From Octopus vulgaris (lineage: Eukaryota), in NCBI GenBank assembly GCA_951406725.2, contig OX597828.1, forward strand, positions 10,292,001 through 10,356,000: a stretch of DNA of 64,000 nucleotides. The letters are read 5' to 3'. The notes under the pieces are model-generated. The model searched no databases, had not been told where the DNA came from, and worked only from the letters and a program-made list of their open reading frames with translations. Positions 40,771 to 54,608 of the stretch are shown here, in pieces; the first letter of the stretch is position 1, and each line of letters opens with the position of its first letter. Position numbers and translations under genes: made by a program.

Positions 40771-40822
<52 letters not shown>

Positions 40823-40829
40823 TAGATAG

Positions 40830-40860
<31 letters not shown>

Positions 40861-40876
40861 GATAGATAGACAGATA

Positions 40877-41293
40877 GAAGTTGCTGATGTGGTAAGTAGC
40901 CTGCTTACCAACCACATGGTTCCGCGTTCAGTCTCTCTGCGTGGCACCTAGGGCAAGTGTCTTCTACTATAACCTCTGGCTAACCAAAACACTGTGAGAG
41001 AATTTCGTAGACAAAAACTAAAAGAAACTCGTCGTATATATGTGTGCGTGTGTTCGTGAGTGTACGTGTGTTTGTGATGTGTGTGTGTATTTCTGTCTAT
41101 TTGTCCCCAATCATCGCTTGATAACCGATGATGGTGTGTTTACGTCCCTGTAACAGAGCGGTCTGGCAAAAGGGAGTTATAAAATAAGTACTAGGCTTAC
41201 AAAGAATAAGTGCTGGTGTCGATTTGTTCGACTGTAGGCGGTGCTCCAGCATTGCCGCATTCAAATTACTGAAAGAAGTAGAAGAATAAAAGA
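40877..41293 (+). mobile_element. SINE family B, near full length
   Basis: GTGGTAAGTAGCCTGCTTACCAACCACATGGTTCC...GGCACCTAGGGCAAGTG...GTGCTCCAGCATTGCCGCA. Confidence 0.9.
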
Positions 41294-41497
41294 ATGTATA
41301 TCAATCTCCTGTTTGAAGAGAGGTTATATGCCCTCAATCATTCGTAGTCTACAAAACAAAACGCTTTATAGAAGCAATAGCATTGACCACTTTGTGGCTG
41401 GATATATATGTAACTGCAAGCAAATAAATATTTACATATATATATATACATGCATAAATATATATATATATATATATATAAATATATATATACATAT

Positions 41498-41591
<94 letters not shown>

Positions 41592-41646
41592 GTCCGTCCG
41601 TGTTTAGATCGTCTTCTAGATGTCCATGTTGTATTTTTCTACATAC

Positions 41647-41748
<102 letters not shown>

Positions 41749-42429
41749 AGGAAAGAGAAATAGGAAATAGAGGGAGAGGAGATATGGATAGTGTATGTTG
41801 TTTTGTTTTTCTCGGCTTTTCCTACTTGTGAATATTTTTACATGAAAATATCTATTTGCCAGTCAGATTTCTATAATCTACTCTCTTTCTAATCTGTCCA
41901 AAAAGTATTTTGAATCTATTTCAAATTTAGTAAATATTTCGTTATCATGTTTCCTTTTCGCATTCAGGCTTAAATTATATGTTTCCAACAAACATACACA
42001 AGTAAGGTTTAACTTGACTTAAATTGAATCAAATATGTACACACAAAGAAAAATAGGCACCATCTGTACACACTTATGGGCGCATATAAGTATATATACA
42101 TGTTCATTTTTTTGCATGGAAAGAAAGTTGTTTGTAACCTATAAGACAGGTGGTTAGAATGTAAGTTGCGTGTCTACATAGGTATGTAATATATGAGTCT
42201 CGACATAAACAGCTGATATATATATATATATGTATGCGTGTATGCTTCTGTCTGTCGGCATGTGATTGAAACAGAGAGCTTATACATTCATTCTTCAAGT
42301 ATGTGTATGATATATTAGCTAGAATACGCGTGTTTTATCCTGTTGTCTAATTGTACACAAACCAGAATCAATGTATTAATACGTCTGCGACACTGAATCT
42401 ATAATTTTGTCTGTAAGTATGCATATTTA

Positions 42430-42473
<44 letters not shown>

Positions 42474-42487
42474 GCGTGTATATATGC

Positions 42488-42594
<107 letters not shown>

Positions 42595-43909
42595 CTCATA
42601 TATACATACTTGTAAACAATTTCATATTTAACGTCTGTTTTACATACATTTGTATGTGTAGTGTAGCTGCATAAATTTTGGTAACAGCAGGTATAGAAGA
42701 TAAGGATATTCGCAGCATGATAAATCGTTTTAATTACTGATAAAACTTGTAGGATGAAACATTTAGCAATGAAGCAGAAAAATTAATTACAAACTTTGTT
42801 TGTGTATATATAAATAATTACCTTTTCTTATTAGCTTCTTAATATTTTCCGTTTCGCTTTCTCGAATTTAAAATCCCCATTTATATTGTTATAAGTCTAT
42901 GTGAGGTTGTTGTATGCAATTTCGCATACATTTCAAAGATATGTACGCTTGCACACAATCATAACCAGACACATTTAGCAAAGAACTTGATTTAGTAGTT
43001 ACACGTATTTTTATTCGCGTTCCTAAGGGTGTGTGTGTAAACATTATATATGTATGCATGAATGTATTATGTATGCATGTGTGTATGTATGTATCTCTCT
43101 CTCTCTATATATATATATATATACACATCTATTTATATATATGTGTATGTATATATATGTATCTATATTTCATAATCTATGTATGTATCTATGAATATAT
43201 ATGAGTGTGTGTGGTGTCTGTGTATGTATGTATCTATCTACATAGAGAGAAAGAGAGAGGGAGAGAAAGAAAGAGAGAATTTGATAGTATAATTTTTGAT
43301 AAATATGTATGCGCACTGATGTGTTTGTGTATATATGTGTAGTTGTATATTTCTAATTATCATTGTGTGCAACTGTATACGTATGCACGGGTATTTTTTT
43401 CTATATAAGTTGAAATATTTGTAGATTTGTTCGCACCTTAAGCATATGAAACAACCAATATGCAGATAACAATTTTTTACTAATATATCAGATATCAGAT
43501 AATATCTGATTGTGAAATATATTAAGAAACTACAATTTTGAAGTCATAAAAATTACCAAACTCCAAACAATGAATAAAAGAATGGATCGACGTGAAAATA
43601 CAGAACTGAAATTAGCAAAAATTATCGCATGAACGTAAATAGTAATATTCAAAATCTTAAAACTAGCGAAATCAATTACAACTTAATTCTTTAGATGAAA
43701 TTTCGCAAATGTTCCTAAATGTTAACACGATAAAGGTATTTACCTGTTTATGACTAATAATTTGGAATGATATTATATTTTTGCCGGCATTTAACCGTTG
43801 ACATATGTAGAGCGCATAACATTAAAGCACTGGCTGCGAACGTGATGTGCACACGATTAATTTTCAACGTTCAATTCAGGAATATTTTGCTTCAGCTTCA
43901 TGGATAATA

Positions 43910-45309
43910 CAGGGTGTTCCAAAAGAAACAGTGCACTGAACATTTTCATAGGTATACATAAAGAAACAGTGCACTGAACACAAGAAAGGATATTTATAGT
44001 TGAAAATGTTTTCCCAAAAGATTTTAAATATTATATTTAGATAATTTAGATATCTAAATTTTAGATATTTATATTAAATATTCTTTTGTTTCAGGGACCC
44101 TTTGAAAATGGTGCTGACCTTACAAGAAAGGATATTTATTGTTGAAAATGTTTTCCGAGATGGTGGCAAATACACAAAAGAAGTGCAAGAGTCATTTCAA
44201 GAAGAATTTGGTGCAGAACGTTTGCCGCATCGAAATTGTGTTTCCGCTTTGTTGCATAAGTTCAAAAAAACTGGAAGTGTTCAAGACAAACCCAAAAGTG
44301 GCCGCCCAAAAGTCGTTACAGATACAGTCTTACAGAATGTTACCAACAAACTGCAGAGGAGCCCACGAAAGTCTTTGAGGCGTTTGTCTCAAGAAACTAG
44401 GATATCTCTAACATCAACTCACCGAGCAGTGCATCAACTTAAATTCTTTCCATATAAAGTGCATGTTGTTCATGAACTGAAGCCTCAGGATTCAGAAAAA
44501 CGCGTACTCTTCTGTCGGTGGTTTGAAAATTTTATTCTAGAGAAAGGTGAAAACATTTTAAACCATACATTCTTCAGTGATGAAGCATGGTTCCATTTGT
44601 CCGGGTACATGAACAGTCAGAACTCTAGAGTGTGGTCTACAATAAATCCTCATGCTCTGTTTCAGAAACCACTCCACAATCAAAAAGTTGGTGTTTGGTG
44701 TGCTTTGTCAAGGCGGCGTATAATTGGACCTATCTTTTTTGAAAACACCATCACATCTGAGTGTTACATTCATAACATCCTGGAGCCATTTTTTGATCAA
44801 CTGACGGAGCAAGAAAAGCAACAAGGCTGGTTCCAGCAAGATGGTGCAACTGCACATACGGCTCGTGTCAGTATGGCTGCAGTTGGTGATGTCTTTGGGG
44901 ATCGTGTGATCTCTCGTGGTTTGTGGCCACCTCGATCACCGGATTTAACACCTCCTGACTTTTATTTGTGGGGCAAATTGAAAGACTCAGTGTATGCAGA
45001 CAATCCTCGAACTACGGATGAACTGAAGCAGAAAATAACAAGTGTTATTCAAAACATCAAACCTGATGAACTTGAGTGTGTTTTTCAAAACACGCAGCGT
45101 CGCGCTCGTTTATGTCTGCAGGTGAATGGCGCACACTTTCAACAGTTATTGTAGATCATATCTTACTGCACGAGTCAATCCTCAATCGTACTTTAGTTGA
45201 TAAGGTATTGAATTTGTGAATATTTGCAATAAATAGTATTTTTCTGTGAGTTTTGTTTCTTTGGGTTATTAGCATATTCCTACTGCACTGTTTCTTTTGG
45301 AACACCCTG
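43910..45309 (+). mobile_element. Complete Tc1/mariner-superfamily DNA transposon (1,400 bp)
   Basis: Perfect 26-bp TIRs CAGGGTGTTCCAAAAGAAACAGTGCA (43910-43935; reverse complement at 45284-45309). TA on both sides (43908-43909, 45310-45311). Single intact transposase ORF; AATAAA at 45228-45233. Confidence 0.97.
44108..45154 (+). CDS. Tc1/mariner transposase, DD38D triad, rosa/DD41D-like motifs, N-terminal HTH (DUF4817-like)
   Basis: Uninterrupted ORF from ATG 44108 (the track starts at TTG 44102), 348 aa. Motifs KTGSVQDKPKSGRPK, FFSDEAWFHLSG, WFQQDGATAHT, WPPRSPDLTPPDFYLWG. 38 residues counted between the 2nd and 3rd catalytic Asp. Confidence 0.95.
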   Translation: MVLTLQERIFIVENVFRDGGKYTKEVQESFQEEFGAERLPHRNCVSALLHKFKKTGSVQDKPKSGRPKVVTDTVLQNVTNKLQRSPRKSLRRLSQETRISLTSTHRAVHQLKFFPYKVHVVHELKPQDSEKRVLFCRWFENFILEKGENILNHTFFSDEAWFHLSGYMNSQNSRVWSTINPHALFQKPLHNQKVGVWCALSRRRIIGPIFFENTITSECYIHNILEPFFDQLTEQEKQQGWFQQDGATAHTARVSMAAVGDVFGDRVISRGLWPPRSPDLTPPDFYLWGKLKDSVYADNPRTTDELKQKITSVIQNIKPDELECVFQNTQRRARLCLQVNGAHFQQLL

Positions 45310-45457
45310 TATAATTAGAGACAATGAAAATTTTGTTTTAATTTTGTTTTTCACATATGGTATTGTGTTGAGTAACACATCGGTTGATGAGACATATTTG
45401 CTTCAGTCACCCTTGTCTTTTCGCCACATCTTCCCCCGTGGGATCCATTTATTTTAG

Positions 45458-45606
45458 ATCATTCAATACAGGATTCCTCTGGTTTTGTGTAACCTTCATG
45501 CACGTCTTATATATAGTGGTAGCAAGAACGTTAATATCTTTCGATGTTTCCTTCTTCCCGCTGGGGGGAATAGTGAAGAAGACAGCTGTATCTGCATTAG
45601 TGTTGA
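45458..45606 (+). other. Candidate 149-nt host exon (unverified)
   Basis: TTTATTTTAG acceptor, GTGAGT donor, higher GC than flanks, two open frames (one hydrophobic: SFNTGFLWFCVTFMHVLYIVVARTL). No recognised homology. Confidence 0.3.
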
Positions 45607-46206
45607 GTGAGTAACTTAAATCATCATAGCTGCTTCGGAAGAAACGGATATACCGATCAGAAATGCAAGACACACTTCTGTTTCTAACGATTGTCAAACA
45701 CTTTCATAAATGTCACAGAAGAGAACTCACCAAATTACTGTAGTATAAGGTTTTGTCGAAAAGAAGATTACATTTTATGAGTTTAGAAAGACAAAATTCA
45801 TTTTCTTTATATTCAATATATCAACAGATTTCGTCCTCGAATGTTCAGTTATATAAACATGCGTATACTCCATAATCAGGTACGTTAAATGAAGTCAGTT
45901 GTTTGGTCTCTGTTGACGAAAGGCATCCACTAAATGTTGAACGAGCCTATTGATTTCGAAAGGTAGTTTGTAGAGAATTTACAAAAGTTATTCATTTTAC
46001 AAGAAGGATTTGGGTTCAATAAATCACCACCACCAGAATTATGGTGAAGTACTATATACACGACACGCAAATTCAAGTATATATTTTGGCATATAACAAC
46101 ACCTTCGGAGAAGGAATGTTATAGTTAGCATAGTGAATATATACTTCATCTGAATTTCGGATAATAATTGAACTGTCGATTTTCAAATAAAATTCAGATA
46201 TACATA

Positions 46207-46684
<478 letters not shown>

Positions 46685-46732
46685 AGCATACACATAACAC
46701 ACACGCACGCACATGCACACACATATATGTAC

Positions 46733-46990
46733 ATATATAGAGTTGCTGTTACAGCAACACTACACGATAACCTGACCGAACAGAAGAATTGCATCGGGTT
46801 ATGCAGAGACGACTTCAAAATACAATACGCTAAACACCTATGTTCTTTCCACCACATGGACAAAAGTGAAGCCACTGCGTTGGCAAGTCATGGGGCTTGC
46901 AGACCAGCTGTACGTCTTATACAATCAAGTGTGGAGTTGTGAAAAATCCATGCCATATATTAACGAATATAAAAGTGCAAGTTATGTTCA
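46733..46990 (+). mobile_element. Penelope-like GIY-YIG endonuclease relic
   Basis: IYRVAVT..KNCIGLCRDDFKIQYAKHLCSFHH..ATALASH matches the IY..V...YIG....FK.RY.NH..SF pattern. Confidence 0.65.
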
Positions 46991-47097
46991 TCAAGTTCTC
47001 ATTCTCATCAAGCCTTCATCAAGTTCTCATTCCTAAGGTATTTTTCGATGTTATTATTATTATTATTATTACTATTATTATTATTATTATTATTATT

Positions 47098-47172
47098 CAG
47101 GTCGCTGCCTGGAATCGAACTCGGAAGCTTGGGGTTAGTAGCTCGCGCTCTTAACCACTACGCTATATGCTC
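47098..47172 (-). other. tRNA-derived Pol III cassette (not a functional tRNA)
   Basis: GCATATAGCGTAGTGGTTAAGAGCGCGAGCTACTAACCCCAAGCTTCCGAGTTCGATTCCAGGC: A and B boxes present, acceptor stem does not pair; followed by (AAT)n. Confidence 0.7.
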
Positions 47173-47685
47173 GTGGGAAATTATGGAAATAATTTTTAGG
47201 GCCTATAGTTCTAATATTTTCCTATCCTTCCTTAATACCGGTTCCCATATGCTATTCATATCTGCACTCGGTCTGCTTAGGAGGTTGTTGTGTCCTAGCG
47301 TATGTACTGCTTCTTTTAGTTTTCATATTTTCCATTGGTCCTCTCTGTCCATTATTTTAACCTCATCTCACAGGGGGAGGTGGTCTCCATTTTTCCATAC
47401 ATGATCAGCTATACCCGACTTATCAATATCTCCTGATGTCACAGCTTTGCGATATTCCTCTACACTTATTTTGAAGGGGCGGCATGTTTCGCCTTTGTAT
47501 AACCTACCACTGCTGCATGGGATGGAGTACACGCAGTTTTTGGCCATATTCTCTTCTATTGGTCATTTTACCAGGAGATATTTGCGAAGTGTTGCATTAC
47601 TCTTGAATACTGTCCTAATGTCATATGGGCCGCATGTCGTTTGTATCTTTTCGGAGAGGCATTTCACAAAGACATCCTTCCCCAT

Positions 47686-47730
47686 GACACATGATGAAGG
47701 CTGAGTGTATATCAGCCGAAACGTCGTGTT
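47686..47730 (+). ncRNA. Minimal type I hammerhead ribozyme with one core substitution
   Basis: GACAC-ATGATGA-A-GGCTGA-GTGTATA-TCAGCC-GAAAC-GTC-GTGTT: 5-bp stem I, 6-bp stem II, loopless palindromic stem III, C3>A. Confidence 0.8.
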
Positions 47731-47850
47731 AACAACGAGCAAAATAAGGACAAATATCCGTCGAATGTAACCAATGTAGATAATGTACATAATTCCTCAT
47801 CTCATAAATATAGAACTGTATATTTATATTTGTACATTCATATAATGTAT

Positions 47851-47892
<42 letters not shown>

Positions 47893-49833
47893 TATATGCT
47901 TTTCTATATGTATGATGTATGTATGTATCTATATATAATTGTGTACATGCACAAGTGCGTGTTTTCGTAGCTAGATGCTTCGAATATATACATGCATATC
48001 GGAAGTGAATTCAATTTCAATGACCGGATATTAGGAATTGTGAGTTAATTCGATATAGGCTATATCATACAAATGAGCATTGAATAATTCTCCGAATATC
48101 TTATGAATGATGGCAGATAGATTTCAGACGCACCATAACTTCTCAAAAGAAAAATGTATCGTGATGGTGACGATTGGAGCTTTGGATATAGCGTGTATTT
48201 CAATGAAGCCGTAAAGTGTGTAGGATTTTTCGGTTACACGACGTGACAATCACTTAGCGCTTCCTCTTAAACGATCTAACTGCCTCATCTCTCTACCATC
48301 GGCCTAACAATCTAATGAGGAATTATCTTTGCAGATACTGATCTCTGAGATATGGTAGTAAAATATCGCTAAAATTAGTTGGTTGAAGCAAAAAAGTTGA
48401 GTAATTTATTGCATCATCAATTTCAACAAACACTGTCTGAATAGGAGATGAATTGATCATCATTTTGATGCGTTTTATCATCAGCTCTCTTGAACAAGTT
48501 AAAGTAACAAAACAAGCAGTCGGAAATTTATTGTCCAGTTAAATAAGACAAATATACAATGAAGACAAATGAAATATTGTATTTATCCAATATATCATTG
48601 GGGTAAAAGACTTTGACAAAATCTAACAAGCAATATTCTACTGCTGTTTAACTAAGGAATCGTGAAATTCAGCGCAACACAGCGTTCGCTGATGTAGATG
48701 TACATCCAACACGTGATCTGCTTGATATTCATTAAAATTAAAAGTTTTATCGTATTTGTAAGGATATCTCAATGAAACCATATTAGAAAATTCACTATAC
48801 GGTTACAGCAAATATATAAGAAGTAGTATGATCACAATTCTGCGATGCATAATTTTAATACCATTTACAAAATATAAAGTCCACGATATAATAATAACTA
48901 CGCCCACATATATCAGAATTTCACAGATTCAGGTTATTTTTAGAAATCGGATAATTTATGTAATAATTTAGAATGTAAACATATGCATGTGCGTATATAT
49001 AAATGTATTCTTTTGTATGCATACACGCTTTCATTTACCGAGGTATATGGGAATTTATAAATGTGTATTATATGCATATGTGTATATTGGCACTAATCTA
49101 TAACTGATTTTTCTCTCCATCATTTTCATTTTCTCAAACACACATCTAGAGTTTCCTTCTCTCAAACAGAAAATCATTTATTTCCAAGCATTTACATATG
49201 ATTCTTCGTGTATCCATGCTTACTCCTGATATATTGGCACTGTGTTCCTCCAGTGTATAAACATATACACCACCGGTTAGCATATGGTGTTTACATCTAA
49301 GCAACCCTAATTTACGTCAAATATAACTAAACACCATTGTAATCGACTGTGTATAAATCTCTGAGTCCATTTCTTTCATTTTTATTCAAATATTACGTGC
49401 TTTAGCAATTGCTGCATAACTGCAATTTGAGTGTCGTTCCACAATTCCGTTGCGTCTCGTTAAGTTTACAGTTCACATCATGAACAGGTTAAAATTCACA
49501 TTGCTTCACACGGTACCTACTTAAATGAAAATATATAAATATGACATAATGGAGATAACATGCAGCATAGCTTAATCGTAGTTTAAAGACTGAAATCATA
49601 AACAGAATACACGTGAGTAAAAATGAAAATCCTCATATCACACCGGTATAGTCAACGATGAAAGGGAATCTTTACCATGGATCTGTTAGCAAAGAAAATA
49701 TATAAAATGAGGGATTAAATGAAGAACATTAAAATATGGTTAGAATATAGAATCATGCATTCGAATAAAAACTAGAATAACATTTTCTGTAAATTCAAGT
49801 TGTGGATTGAAATACAACCAAAAGTTATACACT

Positions 49834-49866
<33 letters not shown>

Positions 49867-50291
49867 ATGTGTGTATGTACATATGTTCTCGTGCATATAA
49901 ATTATATTATATAGGTACAACATACATAGAGGTAATTGCTCATGTACACTCACACACATACATTTATATACATATATATATATGTGCGTGTGTGTGTGTG
50001 TGTGCGTGTGTGTGAAAAGAAAACCCGAACAAACGCATTGTGTGAAACTGTCCGTACTAGGAACTGAATTATCGATATTTTACATATAAAACACTATTAC
50101 ATTTATTTAAATTCTGTTTTGAAACATTCACACATACATATGTGTACATGTTTTAACTCCTATACATATACATACTCATCTATCTATATGCTTACGTACG
50201 CACACACACACACTCCCATACATATATATATACATAAACATGTATAAACATATATTTATATATATATGATAGATACACACATATATTTATA

Positions 50292-50359
<68 letters not shown>

Positions 50360-51185
50360 CATATACATATACATATGCATGCATATACATGTACATTACA
50401 TGTACATGTATATATACCTACAGGCATTGTAATTGGCCAAAGTAAGATATCAAAAACAATGAATACAAAAAGAAAATAGGTGGAAACATATGACTACATT
50501 GCTGTAAATACATGGTAAGGAAGTCGTAGGAAACATTTCAGTAACACAAATTATATTAACGTCTGAAGAACTTCAGTAGCTCACTACCCAACGTTAATGC
50601 AAGCGAAAGGTAAGGAGCAGTTGTATAAAGAAGTGACATTATCAGTGGTAGTCGTTAATGGATTATTCAAGTTACTGAAATACATTAGCACCTGCCTGAA
50701 ATAAACTTAATTGAAAGGCTTTCAGTAAGAAGTGACATAGAGAAAGTAATGAACAGTTGTGTGCTAGACAAACAATTTATGACTAAGTGTTTCGGAAAAT
50801 GCAAATCTCGTAAGCGAGAGGTAAATGATGTAAAATACTTAGCATTTGTCTTTTTTGACAATGATGTATTGAGGCCGTTTCTGGTAGAGGGCACTGCAAT
50901 CCATTATTCCAATGAAAAATGACGTATCTTGCAAAGTAAAGTATTATAGATTCTAAACTTCTTTTGCTGAATTATGATCAAGTTTGCGTGTCTTCAATCA
51001 ATACGTAATAAGAAATATGATACTAACATGGACGAAGCCAAATGTTATAAAACAAAACCGTTCTGCAGATTATATGATATGAATTATGTAACACTGTCTG
51101 TAGGTTATCTTTCTTGAGTCTCCTTGAAATAGACTCTACATACATATGAACGTTATATATATACATACATACGTACATATATATA

Positions 51186-51234
<49 letters not shown>

Positions 51235-51375
51235 ATATGTATATGTATACATATATTAACGTGGTTGTATGTAAATATGCCTATATATGTGTATATATAT
51301 ATATGTATATATATGTATATGCATATACATAAATATATATATATATATGCAAACATATATATACATATATATATG

Positions 51376-51406
<31 letters not shown>

Positions 51407-51407
51407 G

Positions 51408-51487
<80 letters not shown>

Positions 51488-51627
51488 GTATATGCATAAA
51501 CATCACACATATATAGACATATATACATACAAGCACGTTTATATGTAGAAATAATTTCGTCTTTTACACCACTTCCATTCTCTACTTTGCTTGCTCTCTC
51601 TCACACCCTTTCTCTTTCCTGATCTCA

Positions 51628-51718
<91 letters not shown>

Positions 51719-52306
51719 TATGTATGTATTTATATTTTTTCTCATGCAATATCGTGCAAAATCAATAGAAGTTATAAATGTTCGGAGTTTAATATTTGCT
51801 TATGCTGGTAGACAGGATTACAAACGTAGATCTATTGGTCTGGTGAAGCTATACTTGAGTTGTTGGAATCCTGGCTTTTATGAGGAATAATCGCAAGGAA
51901 ACTAAGTATATACCCATATAGACGAACGTACTCGTACACACACGTATCGTTATTTATAAATTTATTTGTCCATCCAACAAGTTGTATTTAGTTATGTATG
52001 TTGCTATCCTTGCCACTATCTCTAGTTATATGTGTATGCATGCATGGATATTAGTATATATATATGTGTGTGTCTGTATGTATGTGTTTGTGTATATGCG
52101 TGTGTATGTGTGTGTTACAATGATTCATTTTACGCATATTTTTATTACATTCATTGCCAGCCTGATTCTTCCTAAAAACAATAACCATTTTTGCTTTATT
52201 TTTGTTGCAGAGTAATTAACTAAGTCCCACAATTTTTGGAAGAAGTATAGATTCATCTTTGAAATCCGTGCCTTGTAGTCAGACTTTCTCAACGTCAGCA
52301 GAAGTA

Positions 52307-53105
52307 TGGTAAGAGTTACAAAATTATACCTGTTGGAGAAACAGGTAGATCAACTGAATTTCATCAGATAGACAATCAAATAATGAAAGAATCACACTTT
52401 CTCAACCTCAGCAGAAAGGAGCTGGAACATACAGCATATAAGTACGGGAGGACAACAGAGAGGAAAACCCATGATTGACGATCTGATGCCATCAGAAGAA
52501 CGGAATTCGTAGCTGATCTAAGCGAGTCGATACGTGTTATTGCACTGAAGAGAGGTGTGGATGAAAATCATAGAAGATGAGAAAGAGATATTTTTTGTCA
52601 GAGGTGATGCACGGAAAACGATTCGAGCACACCAAGAAGTTGATTAAGATGTTGAAACACGAGCTGGATCCAGAGGTCTTCTTCTCCAACGAGAAGAAAT
52701 TTTGCCAAGACCAGAAGATCAGCACCCAGAACAGGTGCTCGCTGTTTTATTCAAGGACTCACCAAGTGTCATGGAGACGAATTTTCCCGCGACAATCATG
52801 GTCTTCGATATCTTCAGCAATAAAATAGCATCATGCCACACAGCCGCTTCCCTGTGAGCCTCGGGCTGTGACATCGATGGCTGTATCCGTGTTCTGTGCG
52901 AGTTGATGAAACCCTGGATCGACCGAGTAGCTACAGGGGGTCTCTACGTGTGACATGAAGTCTTTGTGCCCTGCAACATCAGCCACAAACCCATCCCAGG
53001 CATGGTTGTCGGAGAAATTCTTCGATCACACATCTCCTTACATTTGACCTGCCAGCTTGCGTAACTGCATCTGTACGACTACTTCATGTTGGGCATGGTA
53101 GCAAG
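52307..53105 (+). pseudogene. maT (DD37D-type) transposase relic
   Basis: MRKRYFLS..KKLIKMLKH..FFSNEKKFCQDQKISTQN, PSVMETNFPATIMVF, MKPWIDRVATG, WLSEKFFDHTSP; several stops and frameshifts. Confidence 0.8.
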
Positions 53106-53317
53106 GGAGATAAGGAAATCCGAGAGACAGAAACAGGCAGAAAAACGGGAAATGCCCCTTGTATTTGAATACTATGCATATATTCTCATAAAAAACTTTT
53201 AATTTTTCCAAAATGTAATTGCTTTTCATACATATAGTTGAAAAATTCTCAATGACTGAAACCGGCAAGGAAATATATTTTATAAAATTATTTTAGCATT
53301 TTGTACCTTGACTTTTT

Positions 53318-53395
<78 letters not shown>

Positions 53396-54608
53396 CGTGT
53401 GTGTGTGTGTGTGCGTGTGTGTGTGTGTTCGTGTGTGTGTATATTCAAGCTGGTGATAGGAAAATAAATTTGGTACTATTTATTCATCATTACCCATATC
53501 CTGTTTGCTACGAGGAGTTACAAAGTTATACATGCTGGAGAAACACGTAGATCTCAAATTGAATGTTTTCATATAGACAATCAAATAATATAATATCAAC
53601 ATACGGCCTTGGGATACTGGAATAAGCAGATGTGTCTGAATAGGCTGCAACTTATATTTAAAACCCATCTGCATAATAAATATATACATACACACACATA
53701 TAAGAAATGGACAGACGCGTGTAATGCAGTCTGATCAATTCTTTGCTGTGTTCTTAGCTGCTTTTATGTACAGTTAAGCACAATAAATTTCCTAGACTTT
53801 AACATTTCGAAACTTTCTCAGATATTTCGAGTGAAGTATAGATAATGGTGCTGTTCTTGTCACATTTCAGTAGTTGGCAGTAAAGGATCAAGAGTACTTT
53901 ATTGGAAATTATTTCTTCTTCATACCGGATTTAAAAGTTTTGTATATTTAACGCCACGTTTCACAACTGCAGTATTATTGTTTTGTATTTGTCTTTTGTT
54001 GCGTTACAGTACACACAGACACACACATATATATACACACACATACATATATATATATATACATACGTATATATATATATATATATATATTGTTGTGTCT
54101 GTGTGTGTAGGGATATACCGACACATGTGCAAGCTGTCGTAGAGACACAGATATTCACGTACATATAAATATATATTGTGCATGTTTGGGTGTGGTTGCG
54201 TGAACTTGGGTGTATGTGTGTTTGAGTGCGCGCGTGTGTATGTGTGTGTGTGTGTATGTGTGTGTATCTGTGTCTGTGTGTGTGTGTGTGTGTTGCTACG
54301 TAATACTAAATGGTAAAAGGAGTAATGAATAAGGAATACTATGCCGGAGATATATTTCTGCAGAATCATTTAGATTTTACTCTGAAGTTTCTGCAGACGA
54401 CCAGTTTACCAACTACCATCGGCACAGTGAATGATGAATGCAGAATTTCATCATTAAGTTGATAAATATACACATACATTTGATTTGCTTGCATCACCTC
54501 TGTGCAAAGGGAATTATTTCTTTGCAGAAAAATCGTCTGATAATTTGAAAGAAGTAAAATCCAAGGCATCAGATATTTTTTAAATCGACAGAAGAATAAT
54601 AAAATAAA

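Larger units (their letters stand above)
47000..47820 (-). mobile_element. Penelope-like element: GIY-YIG relic, tRNA-like 3' cassette, and inverted hammerhead-bearing terminus
   Basis: Minus strand IRTVFKSNATLRKYL..NCVYSIPCSSGRLYKGETCRPFKISVEEYRKAV..DKSGIADHVW..KLKEA (~47215-47670). Plus-strand terminal segment ~47675-47820 carries a hammerhead. Confidence 0.85.
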
